A DNA stretch of 32,000 bases from Candidatus Saccharimonadota bacterium (GTDB lineage Bacteria > Patescibacteriota > Gracilibacteria > BD1-5 > UBA6164). The notes below the pieces were generated by a model. The model saw nothing but the letters and a program-made list of their open reading frames with translations. It made no database searches and had not been told where the DNA came from. Numbering within the stretch: the stretch's first letter is position 1; each line of letters opens with the position of its first letter. A program made the translations under genes and the position numbers. Location: assembly GCA_965229705.1 (NCBI GenBank), contig OZ245922.1:690001-722000 (forward strand), given 5' to 3'. Positions 8,506-18,671 of the stretch are shown here, in pieces.

Positions 8506-8636
8506 AGAAAAGTTGAAAGAGGAAAGTTACACGTACGCAATATTATATTTCAAATTGCAAATCATCACTTCTTTTAGATAATGTTTTCTGTAAGTTATTA
8601 TAACTTTTCCCTTTTAAATTTAGACTTTTTCCTTTC
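8506..8636 (+). repeat. Cargo-less member of the same GGGAAAAG/CTTTTCCC inverted-repeat family
   Basis: The 5' arm GAAAGAGGAAAGTTA (8515-8529) pairs with TAACTTTTCCCTTTT (8601-8615): 15 positions with one A-C mismatch and two G-U pairs. The arm sequences resemble those at 233-311 and 700-811 (AAAGGGAAAAGTTA versus AAAGGGAAAAGCTA). Confidence 0.5.
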
Positions 8637-9245
8637 ATGCCAGAATCTCTCAAGCGACTGATACATTCTATATCTCTTCTGCCATGAATATGAGAAAATA
8701 GAGCTACAAAGCTTGCGTTTTTTTTGCTTTCCAGTAATGAAAACTACATCAAAGACTTCAGTAAAAACCTTTTAGATATCAAGCAAAATACGAGTTTTTG
8801 TCATATTTGTCATTCTCTTACTGATAAAGGAAAGGAGAGTTGTAATATTTGCGAAGACTCTCATCGAATACAGCATCAAATATGTATTGTCGAAGAGTAT
8901 CTCGATCTCTTAACTCTTGAAAACTCTGGATGATATCACTGAGTCTACCATGTACTTTGAGGAGCTATATCTCCAAGTAATGGGATATTTGTGTGAGATC
9001 TCAACTTTTCTTCTCTATTTAGTCGCATTGAACATGCAGATGAAAAACTCGAAATCCTTATAGCGACCAATCCTAATCTTGAGTGAGAGGCCACGGCAAA
9101 TTTTTTTATAGAGGAGATAGAGGCTCGCAAACTTCGTCATAAGTGTAAAATAACTCGACTCTCTCGAGGTCTAAGCTCTTGATATATTGAATATGCTGAT
9201 AGTCTCAGTCTTGTGAGTGCTATTAAAGAACGTAAAGAAGTATAA
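8637..9245 (+). CDS. recR: Recombination protein RecR
   Basis: 202 aa: LLP(G)I(G)ENRATKLAFFL helix-hairpin-helix, zinc finger CHICHSLTDKGKESCNICED, Toprim region YH(G)VYHVL(G)GAISP, ILIATNPNLE(G)EATANF. Confidence 0.95.
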
Positions 9246-9262
9246 AAATAAAATATGAATCT

Positions 9263-9448
9263 ATGACTTCTGAATTTGCTCCAGCCTGATCCAATCCTCG
9301 CATGACACAAGCGCAAATACGCAAGTATGTGCGTGATATGAAGGCTGCTCAAGAACAAGCAAAAAAACAACTCGATCCACAAAAAGAACAATCTGAAAAA
9401 CATCAAGATATGAAACATCTGGAAGACCAGTTAGATGAAGCGTTTTAG
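9263..9448 (+). CDS. Small charged hypothetical protein (61 aa)
   Basis: MTSEFAPA(G)SNPRMTQAQIRKYVRDMKAAQEQAKKQLDPQKEQSEKHQDMKHLEDQLDEAF. This is only an open frame with helical, charged composition. An alternative frame starting at 9255 is also open. Confidence 0.35.
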
Positions 9449-9466
9449 AAGTTTTTTTTGCATTTC

Positions 9467-10486
9467 TTATTTTATCCATCCCCGACAAATATCTATGAGT
9501 ACCCTCGCAAGCTTCTTTGGATCATGGCGAACATAGTCACTCTCGTTGATAAAATCCCTTTCAATAATCTTAAATCTTCGAGACGAAAACTCCATAGACT
9601 CCTTGAGTTTTACCGGTTTTTTTCATTCCTGCTTATACTTATCTACGAGACTCTGAGAAATATCGGCATTATTTACCAGTACATAATCAAGAATATTTCC
9701 TGCATACTTTTCGATATTTTCAATAAAGTCTGGGAGCTCATAGGTAGTCGTCTCTCCTTTATCTGCCATGATGTTACAAACATATATGATTTTTGCATCT
9801 GTCTGCATAAGAGCCTCACGCATTCACTCAGAAAGCAGATTGGGAATAATAGAAGTATAAAAATCCCCCGGTCACAGGATAATGATATCTGAGTGCAAGA
9901 TCGCCTCTCGCGCTCGTGGATTGAGACTTCACTCTCCACCTACCAAGAACGCTTCTTGAATATTTTGGTCTGGATTATGAGATTTGGTTTCGGGGTTTTT
10001 TTCGGAAACATCAATATTTCTCTCTCCTATCACTCGCGTTCCATCCTCCATCTCAACTCATAGATGTACATCTTCAAGCGTTACAGGTATGACCTTTCAC
10101 TGCACCTGAAACATATCACAAGCAGCATCCAAACCTGCCTGAAAACTTCCCTTTATATCTCATAGCGCTGTAAGAAGGGTATTTCCTATCTTATTTGCTC
10201 CTATACAACCATCTTCATCATGAAACTTGTATTCAAATAACTGTCGAACAAGCCCTGTATCTTTTGCAAGTGCTGCAACTGCTCTACGAATATCTCCAGG
10301 AGGAAGGACTCCATACTTGTCTCGTATGTCTCCCGTTGTTCCTCCTGAGTCTGTCATGGCAATAATCGCTGCAAGATTTTTTTTCTCCTGTATGCTATCG
10401 TCATGAAACTTCTTGAGTCCATAGAGCACATTATATGTTCCTGAACCTCCTCAAATAACGGTGATATTAAAGGTATTATCCGGCAT
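9467..10486 (-). CDS. YvcK/CofD-like protein (UPF0052 gluconeogenesis-factor family)
   Basis: 339 aa: ITVI(G)GGSGTYNVLYGLK, IIAMTDSGGTTGDIRDKYGVLPPGDIRR, IGNTLLTAL, IIIL(G)PGDFYTSIIPNLL, IIYVCNIMADKGET. Track fragments 10160-10429 and 9623-9823 are in frame. Confidence 0.85.
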
Positions 10487-10651
10487 GAAAAATATAAAAA
10501 ATAATTCCAAAGATTGTATGGTTTTTCACAGAAATACCAGCCATATTTACTATAATTTTTCTCTCTATGTGAAAAACTTTGCTCTTTTACAAAAAATATA
10601 TTACTCTATAGATAGAAAAACTCCCTAATATATATTACTTACAGATACACT

Positions 10652-11149
10652 ATGACTTCAAACGTTTCTGAGGGAAACATACTCCCATTTGAAGCAAGAG
10701 CCAATACTCAGCCTCAAAGTGAAAATCCCATAATGCAGTACTCTAGCATGGTGCGGGATATACTTGAAGAAAAGGGGGATATCCTCTGAAAAGAGGACAT
10801 GTTTCAGCTTGCAATGAATATTAAAAACTCTCATTTTCATCTCCCTATTGAAGATATACGAAAACTCTTTTGGGAAATTCTCCTGTTTTGACTCTCTGAT
10901 ATCCATGAAAATATACATCTCCGTAGTGAACAAGTATGCGATCCCATAGAGGCTGCGTGTTATTTGGATAATGCCTTTGCCTACTTAGAAGATTGAGGGC
11001 AACAGCAAACCACAGAGTACAAAATACTCCTATTATGGAGAGAGTTATTTCATACACTCGTTGGAAGACCACAAGCTCCATCATTTGAAAACGACGCAAG
11101 GTTTATAGAACAGCTCTATTCACAGAAAAATTCTTGAAAAAGTCTTTAA
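10652..11149 (+). CDS. Hypothetical protein (165 aa)
   Basis: ATG-initiated frame with four in-frame TGA and no TAA/TAG until 11147. I recognise no motif. Confidence 0.55.
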
Positions 11150-11167
11150 AAAGCTTCAGAGCTTCTG

Positions 11168-13060
11168 CTATAGAAGCACTGCCTTAATACGCCTCACACC
11201 CCTACTTGATGCCTCTTCTTTTTGTATCTGAAACTTCCCCATACCTACGCTCGTCTCGACATGTGGGCCTCCGCATAACTCTACTGAAAAAACCTCTTGT
11301 TCACTCTGCATGGTATAAACCTTGACTATATCAGGGTATTTTTCCCAAAAACTCCCAACAACCCCAGCATCCATTGCTGCCTGTTTTGGCATCTCTTCAA
11401 CTCATACACGCATACCCGATTGTATCGCATGATTTACAAATGCTTCTACTCTATCTAACTGTTCACGACTCACTTTTTCTTCATGTGAAAAATCAAAACG
11501 CAAACGCTCTGCCGTAATATTTGATCCTTTTTGAAATACATGATTTCCCAAAACCTTTCTCAGACCTGCAAGCAATAAGTGTGTTGCTGTATGTAACTGC
11601 GTTGTTTCCTCTGAAGTATCTGCAAGACCTCACTGAAACTTTTGCTCTGCTCCTGCTCGAGACTTTGCTCTGTGTTCCTCAAAGGCTTTATCAAAGCCTT
11701 CTCTATCCAAAGTAAGACCATGTTCCTCAGCAAGATCTTCGGTAATTTCTATAGGAAATCCATAAGTATCATAGAGTGTAAATGCGAGCTTTCACGGTAT
11801 TTGTCTTTTTCAATCTTCTCTCATTACAAGGGTAAGGAGTTTTTCAAACTCTTTCAGGCCTTTTTCGAGTGTTGTAAGAAACTGTTTTTCTTCCGACGCG
11901 ATATCTGCAAGGATTTGTTCTCGCTTTTCTCAAAGTTCATGATAGTGATGCTGATACTCATCTATGACTCCCTTTGCCACTTCTTGAGAAAGCCCTGACT
12001 GTATCCCCAAACCTCGAGCGTATCTAATAGCTCGTCTGAGCATTCTTCGGGTAAAGTATCACTGATCTTTATTTGATGGTGTTGCTCCATCTGCAATCAA
12101 AAATACCACCACTCGCAAATGATCCATGATCACGCGAAACGCCTTTGTTTCTGACTCGTTTTCTCCATATATTTTTCCTGAAAATCTCTCTATTGCTCAT
12201 CGAGCTGTATCAAATATATCTCCTAAAAATACATCTGGCTGGTCTTGCAAAGCAACCGCAATACGCTCAAGCCCTCCTCAAAAATCTATATTTTTATTTT
12301 CGAGTTCTTCAAAACCCTTTTCTGTTCGTATATAACTCATAAAGACATTGTTTCCTATCTCAAGAAATCTCCCACAATCACAGGCTGGATGACATGGCAT
12401 ATCGCACCACTGAGATTGTTCATGAAATCCGTGATGTTCTCCAAAATCCCAAAACATCTCACTATCTGTTCCTCCAGGTTCTCAAACCGGCATCTTTTCT
12501 GGAGTTCCTGATCGACTCCACCAGTTTTCAGTCTCATCATATAAAAATATTTTTCCTCCATTTACTCCTTCTTGTTCCGGATTTTCGATCACTTTTGCTT
12601 CTATTCCAGCACTTGCAAATTTTTCTTTCCAGTAATCAATCGCTTCTTCATCACGAGGAATACCGAGCTGCGTATTCCCCTTAAATACGGTCACACAAAA
12701 CTGCTCTGGGTTGAGTCAAAATTCATGGATATAGAGACCCCATGCCCAATCTATTTGTTCTCTTTTAAAATAGTCTCATAGTGACCAGTTTCCGAGCATT
12801 TCAAAAAATGTTGTATGACTATTATCACCTACCTCCTCTATATCAGAAGCTCGAAAGCACTTCTGACTATCAACGATACGCGTTCCGAGAGGATGTTTTT
12901 CTCCGAGGAGATATGGGACCATAGGCTGCATTCCTGATCCGGTAAAAAGTGTCGTAGGATCATTTTCTGGTAAAAGAGATGCAGAGGGAATGATATGGTG
13001 TCCTCTTTTTTGAAAAAATTCGAGGTATTTTGCTCTAAGTTCGTGAGTGGAGTATTGCAT
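11168..13060 (-). CDS. alaS: Alanine--tRNA ligase, short form ending after the editing domain
   Basis: 630 aa: [55 protein letters not shown](G)[13 protein letters not shown], editing-domain HTATHLL and CGGPHV, ending ...RRIKAVLL. Track fragments 12776-13126, 12482-12694 and 11168-11392 are in frame. Confidence 0.9.
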
Positions 13061-13252
13061 ATAAAAAAACGGAAAATAAAGGGAAATAAGATGAAAAATA
13101 TTATATATATATATTCTCTCTTTCAAGCCAATTTTTGTTTTAGTAAATAGTAAAAATCACTATTAAGTTAATGTCTAGTTGCATTCTTAGAAAAAGTCTG
13201 AGAAATATGGTATTTTTATAGGGATTATTTCTCTTATAGAACTATACTTTAT

Positions 13253-16200
13253 ATGTCAGAAAATACTGATATTTACGACCAACTCGATCAGATAGACTGA
13301 CAAGAGTGAGAAGATGAAACTCGTGCTCTACTAAAAGAGGCTGAGGTTATTGCTTCGCGCTTTCAAAATGTAGATGCCGTAATGCAAAAATATCAGGATC
13401 TTCGGCAAACAACTATAGATGCTCTTGCTGATCTTCGTATTGATACAGCCAATGAGTTAGCAAATATGAGAAAAGAGTTTCAGGATATGAAAAATGTCGC
13501 TGGAGTATGAGTAAATGAAGATGGGAATAGTATTCCTGATATGCCCAGTTATTTTCAAGAAAATACACGAAATTGAAATTTATTACAAAATACTCCTTTT
13601 ATCGAGTTTTCAGATGAAGAAAAAGAATTTGCACTTTCATGGATTACAGAAAACTACTCAGATTTTCGTGGTTCTGGAAGCTGGTGACAAAACGATCGGC
13701 TTTCTCGAGTACACAATAAAGAAGAAGCAAGAATATCTCAAGAAAATCTTATAAATCTTTTATACAATAGCAGTGCTATTTCTCACTGATTTTACAATAC
13801 CTGATCAGAAGTATTATTTTTTACCTTGACGGATAATCATTGATGGGTGCAAGAAAATATACATAGTATAGAAAATGAAATAGAAAATGGGAGTATTTCA
13901 TCTGAAAAGCTCCAAAAGTATATTCACTATCTTGAACTTTCAAAAATTTCTACAGATTTTGAAATAGCTGAAATACTGATAGAAAAAAATATACACCTAG
14001 CTGATACTCTAAGTACTTGAAAGGTTCGTTGAGTGTATCGTGCACTACTTACTATAAAAGATCCTGAGATTCGAAGTCTTGCGACTACGAGTGTTGAGAA
14101 ACTCTCTCCCGAATCTGCAAAAAAGGTTCTTCATTTTTTACAAAACGATAGTCGAACATGAGATTATAGTGAAGATATTTGACTCAGTTGAATAGGAGCA
14201 ATGATTGAAGTGCATAACGATAATCAAAGAGACACTTTTCAAAAAGAGCTGATAAAAAGAGCTTTTTGAGAAGCTCTTATAGATAACTGATATGATGCGG
14301 GGAAATTGCTCGCATATTCTCGTGAGAAAGGATATAGTGTTCTCACAGAAGCACAATTTAATAATAGTCTCCGAAAAAGAGATAGCTATGCTCTTGTGAA
14401 CTATGTTGCATCACTCTCACAGAGATATAATGGAGATCTCTCTCAAGTACGACAAATATTGCGAACAGACTCTTTATGATTTATGTCTCCAAACGAAATT
14501 GAGGAGCTTCTCAAAGAATCAACAAGAAAAAACTCAATGCATGCAGATACAATGAATAGTCTCATAGGACTGTTTGAGTCACCTGAGGGACTAGAAGATA
14601 TTTTTTGGAAGCCTATAGATGATCTCTCGTCAGAACAAGCTCGTAAAGCCTTAGAATATACCAATGAATTTTTCTGAGAGAAAAATACACCTGCAAACTG
14701 GTTTTGACTTGCAGACTGGGATGCGTGAAGTATCTCGGAGATTTATACCCTTGATGATCGAAATGAATCTCAAAAAAAGCTCATAGATAAGATTTATGGT
14801 GACGGAACTTTTGAGACATGATATACTCAAGATGGGAGTATTATTTGATATTCTGACGAAGAATGAGGAAATCATCTATCAACCACAGAAGAATTTGAAG
14901 CAAAACTTCAAGGAGGAAAAGAGTTTAATGCTCTTATAGCTGCAAACTATATTAGGTATTTATCATCTCAATATGAATGAGACACTTTATCTTACAAAAT
15001 CTTAGAAACCTTTGTACCAAGAGCAAAATCTCAAGAGAAAAAATTCGAAGAATACATAAATGATGATTTACTTACCTTTTTAAAAGCAAGTAAAAATGAA
15101 GATGTAAAGTCTGCTCTCGAAATACTCAGAAAAGAACGTATACTTATACACGAGTGATGAGTTGAAGTTTGGCTAAAAGATAATCAATGGGAAACTCTCA
15201 AAGATGAATACTATCAAGCCAAAGAAGACCTTGAATCACTATGTAATAGTGATATAGGTGGAAATAATAAACTAGTAGACTTAAATGATGCCGTAGTACG
15301 TACTCATGAAAGTCAGTGTAGTATTCAAAAAGAGCGTCCTGCATTTTGAAACGAGATAGATACAGAACTCATAGATAATTGTCTACAATCTTGTGACTTC
15401 TCTAAATGAGTAGATAGTAGAGCAGATGTGGATATATCAGATTTTGATACTCAAGTTTTGAGCCTTGAGACACAAGCAAGAATACAAAGCTTTTGATGAA
15501 AAATATCAGAAAAAACCAACGCATTCACCACACAAATCCTTGCATGACCATATGGGCAAGTACCATGAATCCAAACGCTTCTCAGAGAGTATAATATTAA
15601 TGGTAGCGAAGATCTTTCTCATCCTTCGGCAAACGGTATACAGTGAGCCTATAACTCTGATGAGTTTCAAAACGCATTCAATACTCTGATACAAAGCTAT
15701 AACCAAGATACAAGTAATAAGCCTCTTCCAGAACTCTCTGGAGCTACACTAGATATTATCATGGCACAAATCGACGAAGTAGGAGACGAAGATTTTACCA
15801 CAGAGTTTGCGAGCAAACTCACATGAGTCGAAAGCTTATGAGGACTATTAGATGGAGCTGCAACAGAAATTCAAAATTGATGAAGAGAGATAGATGCAGA
15901 GTACAAAAAACTCAATACCGACTGACATACTACTAGCAGTATTATGGAAATACTATGAGCTCTTTCTACCCTTGCACCAAATAGTAATGGATTTCATGCA
16001 GCAAGAGAAGTGATTCTTTCACTACCAGAAAATCAAGGAACTTCTACGAATTTTGCAAATAATTCCTTCTATACATGAATTCCAGCTTCTAATAGCTTAG
16101 GTGGTCATATAGACAACATTACCGTTGCCGCAAAGTATCAAGAGTTTGGAGAAGAGTTAGAAATAAATATTAATGAACAAGCCTGTAAAGAAAATATTAC

Positions 16201-18652
16201 AAAAATATTTACTGGTATTCCCGAGTGAATCATAGATGTTGACGAAGTGTTTACAGGACTTCTTACAAAAATCTCAGAGTGATCCAATCCTCTACTCGTT
16301 GAAAATCTTGATCAGTTGAAGACATTTTTAGAAACATGAGATATAGACTCGCTTGATGATTCTGCTCTTGCTGAACTGATACGAGAGGTATACGCTGAGG
16401 CTCTATCTCTTACAGAGTCAATAATCGTAAGCAAAATGAAGCGACAAGAGGAACTCTTAGCAGAGTGATGAGATCCTGATGAATTTAGCCAAATAACATC
16501 TGAGCTTGCAAGCCTCTTTGTAATTAGAAAAGAACTGCAGTTAAGCAGTTTTGTTGTATCAGGGAACTTCACGCTCGAAGGAAATAATACTTGAGTAACG
16601 GCGCAAGATATTCTCCGTAGTTTTTTAGATTGAGAAATAAGTGAAGAAGCATATAAGCAAACACTTATAGAATTGTATAGTAATAATGAGGCTATAAGGG
16701 AAGAAAATGAAAGATTAGAATGAGAGTTAGATGAAAAACTTGATTATATAGCAAAACTGTCACGTGATTTTATTTCGCAAATTAGTGAGTGACTTACTCT
16801 AGATGAAATACAACAAAAAAAAGAATTATTTAGATTTTCTAACTACTATGTCCTCAGAGCAGAACAAAACCTAGAAGACAATAATGAAATTGGAAATAAA
16901 ATAGTTGGTATAAATGAAGCTTTACATAAGGAACTTACGGAAAAATGGAATAACATCATTGAAAGTATACGTACAGATATAAAAACTTCAGCTAATTCTA
17001 CAACATCTATGAATCTTGCAAATGAAGATTTCTGAAACGAGAGTATTCAAAACGATAATGAAATACAAAGTATGCTAGATCTGGCAAAAGAAACTGAATG
17101 GAGAAACAAACTTGAACATAATATAGGGAATATAGAGGTTTTAGATGACTCAAGAGTTGCTATTTTTGAAGCTCTCCAAGGCTTTGGTCTCACAGAAGAA
17201 GAAACCCATGAGATATTTTGACAGGTATTATCTAAAATCAAAAAAGATCCAAATCTTGTAAATAATACCCAGCACCTTGCTCAGCTCCTCGAATGAAAAG
17301 AGTTTGCATGAGATGAGCTTAGTGCGACCATCCATGCTATATACACGCATACTGCTCAGCAAAATGCTGAGAAACTCAAAATTGCTACAAAAGAATTCTC
17401 TCATCTTCAAGACAAAATAGATAGATGAGAGTATCTCACGCCTGATGAATTGGCAGATATAAGAGCTCTTGCACATCTTATATGAGAGTATATAGACTTT
17501 AATAATAAGCTTGAGATTGAAAATCATATTTTCACTACTGGTGGAGAGACTCTCATAGAAAAATTCCTAAATGGAGAAATCACTCTTGAAGAAATGCATG
17601 ATCAAGTAAGGAAAAAAAGACAAGAAAGTATTGCAGTATTAAGGTGAGGGCAAGTAGCAAGAACATGACATATTATAGCAATTGTAGATCAAACCGTTCT
17701 TGATGCTAGTTGAGATACTTCTATGATACCAGATATGGAATTCCCTTATCCTCTTACATCTGAAGAAGAATATCTCCTCGAGTCATGAGCATATCATGCA
17801 CGTTATGAGAATGCGAGTCTCGTAGAAGAGATAGCAACAGATATATCTCACTCTTCAAGCACTCAGTGAGCGGTAGCAACAGTCACATTAGTAGAAACTA
17901 CCGGAGAAGAAAACTTTTCTTCTGAAACTCTCGAATTTATTGAAGAACAAAAAGAAGTCATCATCGCATATTCTCAAAGTGATAAGTGACAAAAAGATAT
18001 TATGTTTCAGGCAAGTCTCAAACATATGAAAGAGAGTCTTTGAGAAGAAAACAGTTTCGTGCAATCACTTGAAAAGATAGAGTCTTGAGAGGTAAGGGTT
18101 ATCCCCCCACTCACAGCTCAAAATATCTCCTCTCCAAACATGAAAACTACCTATAGAGAAATATCTCAAGAACTCACCCTCTCTCCCGAAGAACAAGAAA
18201 CACTCACAGAGCAAGAACTCACCCTCATCGCCTCCAACGAAAACGCAAAAGAACGCTTTGTAGAGTTTCGTACCACCCTCAAAGAGCTCTGACTCACAGA
18301 ACTCTGGAGATACAGAAATGAGATTTTTCGCTCCATTGCAGGCATGAGTTTTAGCATCACAGACGGAGACTACATCAGTGAAAATGAACTCAATATCTTC
18401 CTGTCAAAAAGCGTCTACGCAACAACACAAGATTCACGACTCAAAACAACTCCTGGAAACATCACAAGCACAAAACAAATCATCAGAGAAGTGAATCGAC
18501 AAACTGGAGGTTTTGGGGATATAAACGCTGTCAATGTTATCGGAGAACCGCTCACTCTCGTAGAATACCACTTTCGAGAAAAATTTGCGCCTCGAAACGC
18601 ATGAATGATTAGCTATTATACGCAGGCATTTCGAGATGCACTAAAATCATAG
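13253..18652 (+). CDS. Giant hypothetical protein, 1,799 aa, no recognisable domain
   Basis: A single frame runs from ATG 13253 to TAG 18650-18652. The first 2.2 kb was walked codon by codon with coordinates, and the rest as continuous triplets that re-enter track ORF 18344-18604 in phase. About 64 in-frame TGA and no TAA/TAG in a low-GC context. Track fragments 14483-14677 and 18344-18604 lie in this frame. Confidence 0.85.
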
Positions 18653-18671
18653 TAAAGGAAATGCAGAAAAA

